Source of the DNA: Limnohabitans sp.
Lineage (GTDB): Bacteria; Pseudomonadota; Gammaproteobacteria; Burkholderiales; Burkholderiaceae_C
Length of the DNA: 58,804 nt
Assembly (NCBI GenBank): GCA_024641725.1
Contig: JAHECM010000002.1
Location: 1-58,804, forward strand
Direction: 5' to 3'
The position numbers and the translations under genes were made by a program. The notes under the pieces are model-generated. The model had not been told where the DNA came from, searched no databases, and saw only the letters and a program-made list of their open reading frames with translations. Positions 38,237-48,088 of this stretch are shown in pieces; the first letter of the stretch is position 1; each line of letters starts with the position of its first letter.

Positions 38237-40291
38237 TCAGGCTTGGCCGTACCTGGCCATCAAAGCCGCTTGCGCGCCGGGGCCCGGGCGTTCACGCCCC
38301 ACGGCCAAGTACCGGCCATCGGCCTGCATGTCCCAAGCGTCACGTTGGTCGTGCAAATAAGCCAACAAACATTCATCAACGATGCGCTGGCGCAGCACCG
38401 GGTCCAGCACGGGCCAGGCCACCTCAATGCGGCGCATCATGTTGCGGTTCATCCAGTCGGCGCTGGACAAGTACAGCGACTCCGTCTCGCCGGCTCGAAA
38501 GTAAAAAACGCGGGAGTGCTCCAAAAACTGACCAATCACCGAGCGCACTTTGATGCGGTCGGTTTGTCCGGGCAAGCCTGCGGGCAACATGCAGGCCCCG
38601 CGCACGATCACATCAATGCGCACACCGGCTTGCCCTGCCGCCATCAAGGCTTCGATCAGGGCCGCATCGGTCAGCGCGTTCATTTTGAGCACGATGCGGG
38701 CGTCCTCGCCGCGCGCAGCGGCTTTGGCGGTTTGCTCGATCTGGCGCAGCATGCGGGCGTGCAAATGGAAAGGCGCGACCAGCAAGCGGTGCATGCGCGG
38801 CAGCGGATTTTGGCTGGCCAAGTGCACAAACAACTGCTCCATGTCCGCCGTGATTTTGGGGTCTGCCGTCAGATAGCTGATGTCGGTGTACAGCCTGGCG
38901 GTGCGCGGGTTGTAGTTGCCGGTGGACAGGTGGCCGTAGCGGCGCAGGTGCCGTCCCTCGCGGCGAGTGACCAGCAGCATCTTGGCGTGGGTCTTGAGCC
39001 CCACCACGCCGTACACCACCTGCACGCCAATGGATTCGAGTTGTTCCGACCAATTGATGTTGGCTTCTTCGTCAAAGCGGGCTTTGAGCTCGACCACCGC
39101 CGTGACTTCCTTGCCCCGGCGCACCGCTTCTCTGAGCAGATTCATCATGGCCGGGTCACTGCCGGTGCGGTAGATGGTTTGCTGGATGGCCAGCACATGG
39201 GGGTCGTCTACGGCTTCACTCAAAAACGCCAGCACGCCGTCAAAACTCTCAAAAGGCTGGTGAATCACCACATCGCCTTGGCGCAGCCGGGCCATGATGG
39301 CCCCCACCTTGGGCAAGCCCACCGGAAAACAGGCCTTGTAGGGTGCAAACACCAGGTCAGGCCGGCCCACCAGGTCGATCAGTTGCATCAAGCGCACCAG
39401 ATTGACCGGGCCATTGACCCGGTACAAGGCCTGCTCAGGCAAATCGAACTGCTGCAACAAAAAGTCGGACAACTGCGCAGAGCAGTTGGCCGACACCTCC
39501 AAGCGCACCGCCGCACCGTAATGGCGGTGCTCTAGACCTTGGCGCAAGGCGGTGCGCAGGTTGACGACTTCGTCTTCATCGACCGCCAAGTCCGAGTGGC
39601 GCGTGACCCGAAATTGCGAGAACTGGTCGACGCCCCGACCAGGAAAAAGATCGGCCAAATGCGCGCGCACCACGCTGGACAGCAGCACAAAGGTCACCCC
39701 GTCGCCATGGATTCGGTCTGGCAAGCGGATCAATCGGGGCAACACGCGGGGCACTTTGACGATGGCAATCTCGTTTTTGCGGCCAAAGGCGTCTTTGCCT
39801 TGCAGGTGAACAATGAAGTTCAAAGACTTGTTGGCCACCTGAGGCAGGGGGTGCGAAGGGTCCAGGCTGACGGGCAGCAGCAAAGGTTTGACCTCTTTGT
39901 TGAAGTAGGCCTTGACCCAGCGCCGCTGGGCTTCATTGCGCTCGCCATGCGACAAAACGCGGATGCCCTGGGCCTCAAACGCGGGCAGCAATTCTTGGTT
40001 GTAGAGCCGGTATTGCTCTTGCACCATGGTGCGGGCGCTGTCGGCAATGGCCTGCAAGCCTTGCAGGCTTTGCGCCCCAAGCTGCAATTCTGGATGCGTC
40101 GCGGCCAAATGGCTTGCGCCACGCACTTCAAAAAACTCATCGAGGTTGGATGACACGATGCACAGGTAGCGCAAGCGCTCCAGCAAAGGCACATCGTCAC
40201 GCCTTGCCCAGTCGAGCACGCGGTCATTGAAGGCCAATATGCTCAGGTCGCGGTCCAACAAGGGCGGCAAATGGGCGGCTGCTTCAGCCAT
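38237..40291 (-). CDS. ppk1: Polyphosphate kinase 1
   Basis: SSNLDEFFEVR, HQPFESF, ELKARFDEE, KTHAK, TGNYN, FLEHSR, SADWMNRN. Confidence 0.97.
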   Translation of the reverse strand: MAEAAAHLPPLLDRDLSILAFNDRVLDWARRDDVPLLERLRYLCIVSSNLDEFFEVRGASHLAATHPELQLGAQSLQGLQAIADSARTMVQEQYRLYNQELLPAFEAQGIRVLSHGERNEAQRRWVKAYFNKEVKPLLLPVSLDPSHPLPQVANKSLNFIVHLQGKDAFGRKNEIAIVKVPRVLPRLIRLPDRIHGDGVTFVLLSSVVRAHLADLFPGRGVDQFSQFRVTRHSDLAVDEDEVVNLRTALRQGLEHRHYGAAVRLEVSANCSAQLSDFLLQQFDLPEQALYRVNGPVNLVRLMQLIDLVGRPDLVFAPYKACFPVGLPKVGAIMARLRQGDVVIHQPFESFDGVLAFLSEAVDDPHVLAIQQTIYRTGSDPAMMNLLREAVRRGKEVTAVVELKARFDEEANINWSEQLESIGVQVVYGVVGLKTHAKMLLVTRREGRHLRRYGHLSTGNYNPRTARLYTDISYLTADPKITADMEQLFVHLASQNPLPRMHRLLVAPFHLHARMLRQIEQTAKAAARGEDARIVLKMNALTDAALIEALMAAGQAGVRIDVIVRGACMLPAGLPGQTDRIKVRSVIGQFLEHSRVFYFRAGETESLYLSSADWMNRNMMRRIEVAWPVLDPVLRQRIVDECLLAYLHDQRDAWDMQADGRYLAVGRERPGPGAQAALMARYGQA

Positions 40292-40324
40292 GTCTGTATT
40301 CCAATCAACTCAAAATCATGACAG

Positions 40325-40358
40325 ATTGTTCAAGGCTTTGGTGACAGCCGTGTGACAG
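40325..40358 (-). promoter_or_regulatory. Near-consensus Pho box for ppk1, inside the GT4 3' end
   Basis: Minus strand CTGTCAC-acgg-CTGTCAC, 10 bp, AACAAT; further CTGTCAT at 40318-40324. Confidence 0.85.
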
Positions 40359-41406
40359 GCCAAGGCAGTTGCCCCGCCTTGTGGTGCACAGACACCAAAT
40401 GCGAGGCAAACAGGCGGGCCGCATGGTTCCAGCCAAAAGCCAGGGCCCGCTGGCGCGCTTGCTGGCGAGGGATCGACAAGGCCTGCAGGACCGCCGACCG
40501 CAAGTCCGCGTCCAGCACCCCGCCTTGCGCGGGTCCGGCATCGGCGCCCAGCACTTGCAACGGCCCATCCACAGGGTAGGCGGCCACCGGCGTCCCTGTG
40601 GCCATGGCTTCGAGCATGACCAGGCCGAAGGTCTCGCTGCGTGACGGAAACACAAACACATCGGCGGCCGCGTACACCTTGGCCAATTCGTCGCGCGGCA
40701 ATACGCCCATCCAGTGCACCCCGGGGAAGCGGGCTTTCAGGCTGGACTCCAAGGGGCCCACCCCGCACACCACTTTGGTGCCGGGCAAATCCATCGCCAA
40801 AAACGCGTCAATGTTTTTTTCGTAAGAAATGCGCCCCACAAACAAGCACACAGGCCGGGGGAGTTTTGCCAACGCTTGCAGCGCCAGTGTTTGCGCATGG
40901 AAACCGAACAAATGGGTGTCCACGCCGTGCGTCCAGGGCCGCAACTCGGTAAATTTGCGCTGCGCCAGCATCTCCAGGACCCCTTGGGTGGGCACCATGA
41001 CGCCCGCCGAGGGCTTGTGAAAATGCCGAAACAAGGCGTATCCCCAAGCCAGAGGCACACGCAATGCCGAATTCAAAATTTCAGGGAACTTGGTGTGGAA
41101 TGCCGTGGTGAAGGCCCATTGGCGCTTGCGGCAAACCGCGCGCCCGGCCCAGCCCAGCGGGCCTTCGGTGGCCAGATGCACCGCATCGGGCTGAAGGGTC
41201 GAGAGCATTTGTTCGAGCGCTGCACGGGGGCGCACGGCCAAGTCAATGCCGGCATAGCCCGGGCAGGGCCGGTGCTTGAATTGGCCAGGGTGAATCACAT
41301 GCACCGTGATGCCCATGGACTCCAATGAGGTCACCAACTCTTGCAAGGTGGTGACCACGCCGTTGATTTGCGGATGCCATGCGTCGGTGATGAGTGCCAG
41401 TTTCAT
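40330..41406 (-). CDS. GT4 glycosyltransferase (Agt-like glycolipid synthase)
   Basis: TDAWHPQINGVV, HLATEGPLG, FHTKFPE, FPSRSETFG; coupled to the plcP-like gene. Confidence 0.88.
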   Translation of the reverse strand: MKLALITDAWHPQINGVVTTLQELVTSLESMGITVHVIHPGQFKHRPCPGYAGIDLAVRPRAALEQMLSTLQPDAVHLATEGPLGWAGRAVCRKRQWAFTTAFHTKFPEILNSALRVPLAWGYALFRHFHKPSAGVMVPTQGVLEMLAQRKFTELRPWTHGVDTHLFGFHAQTLALQALAKLPRPVCLFVGRISYEKNIDAFLAMDLPGTKVVCGVGPLESSLKARFPGVHWMGVLPRDELAKVYAAADVFVFPSRSETFGLVMLEAMATGTPVAAYPVDGPLQVLGADAGPAQGGVLDADLRSAVLQALSIPRQQARQRALAFGWNHAARLFASHLVSVHHKAGQLPWPVTRLSPKP

Positions 41407-42299
41407 GCAGTGATTCCCTTTGGGGGCAGCAACACGCCCGCTGTCGAATCCTCGCCCCAGCGGATGATTTCCAGCCGCCCGTCCATGTGTTCCACCAAGG
41501 CGGTGCGGCTCTCGACCCAGTCACCATCGTTGCAATAAAGCACGCCGTCGATGTTTCGGATTTCGGCATGGTGAATGTGGCCACACACCACACCGTCATA
41601 GCCACGCTTGCGCGCTTCGTGCGCCACAGCCACCTCAAAGTCAGAAATGAAGTTGACCGCCTTTTTGACCTTGAGCTTCAGATAAGCCGACAAGGACCAG
41701 TAGCCCAAGCCCATGCGGCCGCGCAGGCTGTTCAGATGCCGATTGATTTTGAGGGACAGCTCGTACAGCCAATCCCCCAAATAGGCCAGCCATTTGGCGA
41801 CTTGGATCACGCCGTCAAAATGGTCGCCATGGATCACCCACAGGCGCTGGCCGTTGGCGGTCACATGGGTCGCCTCGAACAAAACGTCGACACCCCCAAA
41901 AGCATGGCCCACGAAGTGGCGTGCAAACTCATCGTGGTTGCCTGGCACGTACATCACCCGGCAGCCCTTGCGCGCGCGACGCAACAATTTTTGAACGACA
42001 TCGTTGTGGCTTTGGGGCCAGAACCAGCGTCTGCGCAGTTGCCAGCCATCCACAATGTCGCCCACCAAATACAGCATGTCGCTGGGGTGGGATTTCAGAA
42101 AGTCCATCAAAGCGTCTGCCTGAAAACCCGGCGTGCCAATGTGCAGGTCTGAAATGAAAATCGCCCGCAAGCGCGGGCGACTTGACGCCGAATCATCGCC
42201 GTCGTCAGCGCCTGACTCCGCCGGGTTCAAGCCAGCGGTGAGGCCCTCTGCCCAAGCCGCCGGCCAGGTTTTGCTCGCCCCCAGGGTCATTGGCGCCAT
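41403..42299 (-). CDS. plcP: PlcP-like metallophosphoesterase (phospholipase C; LpxH-like fold)
   Basis: ISDLH, VGDIVDGW, PGNHDE, HGD, CGHIH, NDGDWVES; adjacent to the Agt-like GT4; exact start uncertain (42290-42302). Confidence 0.8.
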   Translation of the reverse strand: MAPMTLGASKTWPAAWAEGLTAGLNPAESGADDGDDSASSRPRLRAIFISDLHIGTPGFQADALMDFLKSHPSDMLYLVGDIVDGWQLRRRWFWPQSHNDVVQKLLRRARKGCRVMYVPGNHDEFARHFVGHAFGGVDVLFEATHVTANGQRLWVIHGDHFDGVIQVAKWLAYLGDWLYELSLKINRHLNSLRGRMGLGYWSLSAYLKLKVKKAVNFISDFEVAVAHEARKRGYDGVVCGHIHHAEIRNIDGVLYCNDGDWVESRTALVEHMDGRLEIIRWGEDSTAGVLLPPKGITA

Positions 42300-43120
42300 C
42301 AAACCGCTCCCAAAAAATGCTTTCTGTAGCGCGCGGGCATGTCAGCGATGCGCATCATCATGGGCAAGTCGGCGGTGTTGAAGTCGGGGTCCCAGGCAGG
42401 TGCCCCCAGCACTTTGGCCCCCAGCCGCAGGTAGCCTTTGATCAACGCGGGCGGCTCGACGCTGAGCTGCTGCTCCAGTGCATCCACCGGCAAGGCCAAA
42501 CGGGGCAAGACATGGTGCTCGATCGGGGCCAAGTGCGTTTGGCGCAATTGGTGCCAAATGCTGGCCGCCACATCACCGCTGACCACGCCGTTGTGCAGCA
42601 TCGGGATGCTGGCGCAGCCAATCATGGTGTCGAGCTGGTTGCGCACCATGAACTCGGTCAATGCACCCCACAGGGCCATGATCACTCCGCCATGGCGGTG
42701 GGCGGGGTGCACGCAGCTGCGGCCCAACTCCACCATGCGATCGCGCAGACCACGCAGCCGGGTCAGGTCGAACTCGGTGTCGCTGTAGGTGCTGCCGGCG
42801 CGCTCGGCTTGGGTGGGGGTCAGTACGCGGTAGGTGCCGACCACTTGGCGTGTGGCCACATCGCGCACCAGCAAATGCTCGCAATAGTCGTCGAACAGAT
42901 CAACGTCGTGGCCTGCCAGCGGGGTCGATAGACGCGCGCCCATCTCGCCCGCGAACACGTCAAACCTCAACTTTTGGGCTTCCCGAACTTCGTCCAGGTG
43001 CTTGGCCCAACCCACTTCAATGCCCGTTTGGACAATCGGCGCAGGGGATGGGCGATGAAGTGACCCCCGTGGCAACTGAACCGGGGACAGGGCGAACGTG
43101 GGGCTGGGCAACTCTTTCAT
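42299..43120 (-). CDS. olsB: OlsB-like GNAT N-acyltransferase (ornithine or amino lipid synthesis)
   Basis: AQKLRFDVF, D.FDDYCEHLLV, VGTYR, ELGRSCV, PPALIKGYLRLGA, DPDFNTAD. Confidence 0.75.
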   Translation of the reverse strand: MKELPSPTFALSPVQLPRGSLHRPSPAPIVQTGIEVGWAKHLDEVREAQKLRFDVFAGEMGARLSTPLAGHDVDLFDDYCEHLLVRDVATRQVVGTYRVLTPTQAERAGSTYSDTEFDLTRLRGLRDRMVELGRSCVHPAHRHGGVIMALWGALTEFMVRNQLDTMIGCASIPMLHNGVVSGDVAASIWHQLRQTHLAPIEHHVLPRLALPVDALEQQLSVEPPALIKGYLRLGAKVLGAPAWDPDFNTADLPMMMRIADMPARYRKHFLGAV

Positions 43121-43146
43121 GGCGAGGTCTCCTTTGAACTGCCCCG

Positions 43147-43202
43147 ACTTTGAAAGCTTCGGGTGACGCCGGCATGTCAACACCATGAAATTTGTGTGAC
43201 GC
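43147..43202 (-). promoter_or_regulatory. Four-repeat Pho box and -10 for olsB-plcP-GT4
   Basis: Minus strand GCGTCAC-acaa-ATTTCAT-ggtg-TTGACAT-gccg-GCGTCAC, 10 bp, CAAAGT. Confidence 0.8.
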
Positions 43203-43307
43203 CCTCACGCAAGGCCCGCAAGGCCATCTCGCACAGAGGTGACGGGCGAGGGAATCAATTTCTGCTGTAATTCCAAAACCCCTTTTTCTAACAACCACGA
43301 GACCACC

Positions 43308-43610
43308 ATGATTCTTGAACTCGCCGATCTGCGCATCCAGCCTGGCCAACAAGCCGCTTTTGAAGAAGCCATTGAGCGCGGACTGTCCACCGTGGCCAAA
43401 CGGGCCAAAGGTTTTCAGGGGGCCAAAGTGAACCGGGGCATCGAAAACCCTGAGCGCTATGTGCTGCAAATTTTTTGGGACACGCTGGAAGACCACACGG
43501 TCGGGTTTCGCGAGTCGCCGCTGTTCACCGAGTGGCGGGCCATCGTGGGGCCATTTTTTGCAGCGCCACCGGTGGTAGAACACTTTGAGTTGACGCACAA
43601 GTCGGCCTGA
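43308..43610 (+). CDS. Antibiotic biosynthesis monooxygenase (ABM) family protein
   Basis: MILELAD, W.TLEDHTVGFRES, WRAIVGPFF. Confidence 0.85.
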   Translation: MILELADLRIQPGQQAAFEEAIERGLSTVAKRAKGFQGAKVNRGIENPERYVLQIFWDTLEDHTVGFRESPLFTEWRAIVGPFFAAPPVVEHFELTHKSA

Positions 43611-43736
43611 AACAAGGACCAAGGTCAATCCGCCGCTTTCATCAAGGTTTACCCTGATGAATGAACGGGCAGCAGCCGGTGGCGGCTCGCTAAACTCTTG
43701 GCTTTGACTGCCATCCCCCCAACGCGAAAGCCCAAC

Positions 43737-44432
43737 ATGGATTACCTCTTCAACCCACCCGCTCCCGCCTCGGTTCCTGTGGTGGGTGAATCGCGGCAGT
43801 TCCCGGTACAGCGCATTTATTGCGTGGGCCGCAACTACGAAGAACACGCCAAAGAAATGGGGTTCACGGGCCGCGAGCCGCCCTTTTTCTTCCTCAAACC
43901 CGCCAACACCTTGGTGGTGGTGCCTGAGGGCGCCACAGGCTCCATGCCCTACCCCAGCCAAACAGCCAACCTGCACCACGAAATCGAACTGGTGGTGGCG
44001 ATTGGCAAGGGCGGCAAAAACATCGCCGCCGCCAACGCCGCTCAGCACATCTTTGGCTACGCGGTGGGCTTGGACATGACCCGCCGCGACCTGCAAAACG
44101 AGATGAAAAAGCTCGGCCGCCCCTGGTGCATCGGCAAAGCCTTTGACCACTCGGCCCCCATCGGCCCCATCGTCCCTGTGGCCCAAGCGGGCGACATTGA
44201 GCACGCCGAGATCAGCCTGCAAGTCAACGGCACAGACCGCCAGCGCAGCAATGTGGCCAAACTGATCTGGAACATCGCTGAAACCATCGAACACCTGTCG
44301 GCCGCTTGGGAGCTGCAAGCTGGCGACCTGATTTTCAGCGGCACGCCCGAGGGCGTCTCGGCGGTGGTCCAAGGGGATGTGCTGGTCGGCCAGATCGCGG
44401 GGCTGCCCGATTTGAAGCTGCGCATCGGGTAA
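43737..44432 (+). CDS. Fumarylacetoacetate hydrolase family protein (NagK-like)
   Basis: CVGRNY..HAKEMG, PFFFLKP, HHEIEL, DMTRRDLQ, GTPEGV. Confidence 0.9.
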   Translation: MDYLFNPPAPASVPVVGESRQFPVQRIYCVGRNYEEHAKEMGFTGREPPFFFLKPANTLVVVPEGATGSMPYPSQTANLHHEIELVVAIGKGGKNIAAANAAQHIFGYAVGLDMTRRDLQNEMKKLGRPWCIGKAFDHSAPIGPIVPVAQAGDIEHAEISLQVNGTDRQRSNVAKLIWNIAETIEHLSAAWELQAGDLIFSGTPEGVSAVVQGDVLVGQIAGLPDLKLRIG

Positions 44433-44495
44433 ACACCGCATTCACCGACCGATCGGTTGGTTTATCATTTTTGTCTATTTCAAACTGGAGACACC

Positions 44496-45527
44496 ATGTC
44501 CACTCTTCTCAAGCAAACCGCACTGGCCGCGGCGCTGTTTGGCAGCGCCATCGGCGCGCACGCCCAAACCGTGACCCTGAAAGTGCACCACTTCTTGGGC
44601 CCCAACTCCATCCAGCACACCACCATGCTGGGCGACTGGTGCAAAGCCATTGCCAAAGACTCCAAAGACCGCCTGCAATGCCAGATCTTCCCAGCCATGC
44701 AGCTGGGCGGCACCCCGCCGCAGCTGTTTGACCAGGCCCGCGACGGCGTGGTGGACGTGGCTTGGACCTTGCAGGCCTATACCCCCAAGTTGCAAAAGCT
44801 GGAAGTGTTTGAGCTGCCCTTCATGATGACCAACGCCGAGGCCACCAGCCGCGCCGCTTGGGACTTTGCCCAAAAGTACGTTCAAGAAGACTACAAAGAA
44901 GTCAAGATGCTGGCCATCCATGTGCACGGCCCAGGCAACATCTACTCCAAGAGCAAGCCCGTCACCACCATGGCCGACCTCAAGGGCATGAAAGTGCGCG
45001 CCCCGACCCGCCAGGTCAACAAAATGGTCGCCATGATGGGCGCCACGCCGGTGGCGATGCCCGTGCCTCAAGTGCCAGAGGCTTTGTCAAAAGGCGTGAT
45101 TGACGGCGCCGTGATCCCCTACGAAGTGGCCCCCGGCTTGAAGGTCAACGAGTTGACCAACTTCACCGCCGAGACCGACCGCAGCTACAACGCGCTGTAC
45201 ACCACCGTGTTTGTGGTCCCCATGAACAAGGCCAAGTACGACTCGCTGCCTGCCGACCTCAAGGCCGTCATCGACAAAAACTCCGGCCGCGAATTCTCGG
45301 CCTTCATGGGCAAGACCCAAGCGGGACAAGACGTGCCCAGCAAGAAGGTGTTTGAAGCTTCTGCCAACCAAAAGATCAGCGTGATCCCCAAGGCCGAACT
45401 GGAAAAGTGGAAAAAAGCCACCGACTCCTTGGACGACGCTTGGGTGGCCGAGATGACGGGCAAAGGCTTTGACGGCAAAGGCATGCTGCAAACTGCCACC
45501 GATCTGATCAAGCAATACACCAAGTAA
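44496..45527 (+). CDS. dctP: TRAP transporter solute-binding protein
   Basis: Signal peptide; MQLGG, DLKGMKVR, EALSKGVIDG. Confidence 0.9.
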   Translation: MSTLLKQTALAAALFGSAIGAHAQTVTLKVHHFLGPNSIQHTTMLGDWCKAIAKDSKDRLQCQIFPAMQLGGTPPQLFDQARDGVVDVAWTLQAYTPKLQKLEVFELPFMMTNAEATSRAAWDFAQKYVQEDYKEVKMLAIHVHGPGNIYSKSKPVTTMADLKGMKVRAPTRQVNKMVAMMGATPVAMPVPQVPEALSKGVIDGAVIPYEVAPGLKVNELTNFTAETDRSYNALYTTVFVVPMNKAKYDSLPADLKAVIDKNSGREFSAFMGKTQAGQDVPSKKVFEASANQKISVIPKAELEKWKKATDSLDDAWVAEMTGKGFDGKGMLQTATDLIKQYTK

Positions 45528-45539
45528 TTGCCAAGCTCA

Positions 45540-45582
45540 AACAGCGAGCAGGTGCCCCACGGGTGGCCTGCTCGCTTTGTTT
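45540..45582 (+). terminator. dctP-dctQ intergenic stem-loop
   Basis: AGCGAGCAGG...CCTGCTCGCT followed by TTGTTT. Confidence 0.7.
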
Positions 45583-45625
45583 GTGCCGGTCTTGCCCGCC
45601 CCAAAGACTTCAGCGAAAACCCACC

Positions 45626-46114
45626 ATGAATTCCCAATCCCTCGCCCCAGTGGCGCGCTGGTTCAGCATTGTCGGGGGCCTGTTGCTCACCGCCTTGATG
45701 CTGATGACCTGCTACAGCCTGATCGGCCGCAACTTGTTTGACAGCGCCCTGATCGGCGACTTTGAGCTCACCGGCATTGGCTCGGGCGCGGCCATCGCTT
45801 TTTTCATGCCGATCTGCCAGCTCTACAAAGAAAACATCATCGTGGACTTTTTCACAGCGCGTTGCAGCGCCAGCACCACCAACAAGCTGGACCGCTTGGG
45901 CAGCTTGATGATGGCCCTGATTTTTGCCCTGCTGGCTTGGCGCTGCACCGTGGGTGCCTTGAGCGCCAAAGAGGCCATGGGCGCGTCCATGCTCATGGGC
46001 TTTCCCGACTGGATCGTTTTCACCTGCATGGCCGTGCCGTTTGCACTGACCGCCGTGATTGCGCTGCTGCAAACCCTTGAATCTTCAGACATTTCCAACA
46101 AGGCGGCCGCATGA
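45626..46114 (+). CDS. dctQ: TRAP small permease
   Basis: 4 TM; NIIVDFF; lies between dctP and dctM. Confidence 0.88.
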   Translation: MNSQSLAPVARWFSIVGGLLLTALMLMTCYSLIGRNLFDSALIGDFELTGIGSGAAIAFFMPICQLYKENIIVDFFTARCSASTTNKLDRLGSLMMALIFALLAWRCTVGALSAKEAMGASMLMGFPDWIVFTCMAVPFALTAVIALLQTLESSDISNKAAA

Positions 46115-47430
46115 CCCCCATTCAACTGGCACTTTTGATTTTTGGCCTCATGCTGGTCCTGATGGTGGTGCGCGTGCCGATTGCGGGCGCCATGTTTTTG
46201 GCTGGGGGTGTGGGTTTTGTCCTGCAATCGGGCTGGAGTCCCTTTTTGGGCTTTGCCAACAACCTGGCCTTTGCCCGTTTGGCCAATTACGACCTGTCGG
46301 TCATCCCGCTGTTCATCTTGATGGGGCACTTCGCCACCAAGGGCGGCATCAGCAAGGCGCTGTTCCAGTTCGCGGCGGCCGTGATGGGCCGCTTCAAGGG
46401 CGGCTTGGCCATGGCGGCGGTGTTGGCTTGCGCGGCTTTTGGTGCGATTTGCGGCTCCTCGGTGGCCACGGCCGCCACCATCACCGGTGTGGCCCTGCCT
46501 GAAATGAAGCGCCACGGCTACTCGGGCCGTTTGGCCACGGGCACATTGGCCGCCGGCGGCACCCTGGGCATCTTGATTCCGCCCTCCGTGCCACTGGTCA
46601 TCTACGCCATCTTGACCGAACAAAACATCGCCAAGCTGTTTGCTGCGGCCATGGTGCCAGGCGTGATTGCCATGCTTGGCTACATGATCGCCATCGCCAT
46701 TTATGTGCGCTTGGTGCCCGGCCAAGCCCCAGACGACGACCATGTGAGCGAAAAACTCACCCTCGAATCGCTCAAAGGCATTTTGCCCATTGGGGTGATC
46801 TTCACGGTGGTGTTTGGCGGCATTTACGCTGGCGTTTTCACGCCCACCGAAGGCGCAGCCGTCGGGGCCAGCTCCACCTTTGTGGCGGCCTTGCTCAAAG
46901 GCGAGCTGACCTGGGCCAAAAGCATGGAGTGCTTTTACGCCACCGCCATGAGCTCGGCCATGATCTTCATGATCTTTTTGGGAGCGGACGTGATGAACGC
47001 CGCTCTGGCCCGCACCCAAGTGCCCATGCAGCTGGCCGAAATGGTCGGGGCCATGGACATTCCGCCACTGGTGTTTGTGTCCGGCATTTTGCTGCTGTAC
47101 GTGGTGTTGGGCGCGGTGATGGACGAGCTGAGCATGTTGCTGCTGACCATCCCGATCTTTTTCCCGATGATCATGAAACTCGACTTTGGCATGACCCCCG
47201 AGTACACCGCCATTTGGTTCGGCATCATGGTGTTGATGACCGTGGGCTTTGGCATGCTGGCACCGCCCGTGGGGCTGAATGTGTACGTGGTCAACGGCAT
47301 GGCCAAAGATGTGCCGCTCAGCGAGAGCTACAAAGGCATCATGCCCTTCTTGATCAGCGACACCATCCGCACCTTGCTGCTGCTGTTCTTCCCGGGCATC
47401 TCGCTTTATTTCATCCAATTTTTGACCTGA
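46111..47430 (+). CDS. dctM: TRAP large permease
   Basis: IPLFILMG, CGSSVAT, GTLGILIPPS, PTEG, PPVGLN. Confidence 0.93.
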   Translation: MTPIQLALLIFGLMLVLMVVRVPIAGAMFLAGGVGFVLQSGWSPFLGFANNLAFARLANYDLSVIPLFILMGHFATKGGISKALFQFAAAVMGRFKGGLAMAAVLACAAFGAICGSSVATAATITGVALPEMKRHGYSGRLATGTLAAGGTLGILIPPSVPLVIYAILTEQNIAKLFAAAMVPGVIAMLGYMIAIAIYVRLVPGQAPDDDHVSEKLTLESLKGILPIGVIFTVVFGGIYAGVFTPTEGAAVGASSTFVAALLKGELTWAKSMECFYATAMSSAMIFMIFLGADVMNAALARTQVPMQLAEMVGAMDIPPLVFVSGILLLYVVLGAVMDELSMLLLTIPIFFPMIMKLDFGMTPEYTAIWFGIMVLMTVGFGMLAPPVGLNVYVVNGMAKDVPLSESYKGIMPFLISDTIRTLLLLFFPGISLYFIQFLT

Positions 47431-47449
47431 ACGCGCACGCAATTGCCCC

Positions 47450-47995
47450 ATGTTTGACCGAACCATCCGCCACTGCCGCCAATGCGGCGACACCGTCGCC
47501 CGTCGTCTGCCCGACGATGGCGACACCCGCGAGCGGGCGATTTGCGTCAGCTGCAACACCGTGCACTACGAGAACCCACTGAACGTGGTGGGCACCGTGC
47601 CCAGCTTGGGCGAGCGTGTGTTGCTGTGCAAGCGCAACATCGAGCCGCGCCGGGGCAAGTGGACGCTGCCAGCGGGCTTCATGGAGTTGGGCGAAACCGC
47701 CTCCGAGGGCGCGGCCCGCGAAACCCGCGAAGAAGCCGGGGCGCAGTTCGTCATGCAAGAGCTGTTCACCGTCATTAGCGTGGCGCGGGTGGGCCAGGTG
47801 CACCTGTACTACCGGGCGCAACTGACCAGCGACCAGTTCGACCCGGGGCATGAAACCATGCAGGCCCAACTCTTCAGCGAAGCCGAGATTCCCTGGGACG
47901 AATTGGCCTTCCACACCGTCAAAGAAACGCTGCTGCGCTACTTTGCCGACCGCCGCAGCGGCCACTTTGGCACCCACGCCTTTGACATTGGCTGA
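47450..47995 (+). CDS. NUDIX hydrolase with N-terminal zinc ribbon
   Basis: CxxC...CxxC.HYENP; Nudix box GFMELGE..EGAARETREEAG. Confidence 0.92.
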   Translation: MFDRTIRHCRQCGDTVARRLPDDGDTRERAICVSCNTVHYENPLNVVGTVPSLGERVLLCKRNIEPRRGKWTLPAGFMELGETASEGAARETREEAGAQFVMQELFTVISVARVGQVHLYYRAQLTSDQFDPGHETMQAQLFSEAEIPWDELAFHTVKETLLRYFADRRSGHFGTHAFDIG

Positions 47996-48088
47996 TTTTT
48001 TTGCGCTGAGCCTGAAAGTCAGTGTTGTGACACGGATAATTCAAGCGTGTTCTTTTCCCAACTCCGGGTCATTTTTCAAAGGCATTCC

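Noticed and set aside
41403-42299. Calling this gene lpxH
   Set aside because: GNHD motif and linkage to an Agt-like GT4 under a Pho box fit PlcP better
43203-43255. Possible branched RNA structure between olsB and the ABM gene
   Set aside because: Stems are only 4-6 bp in GC-rich sequence, as expected by chance
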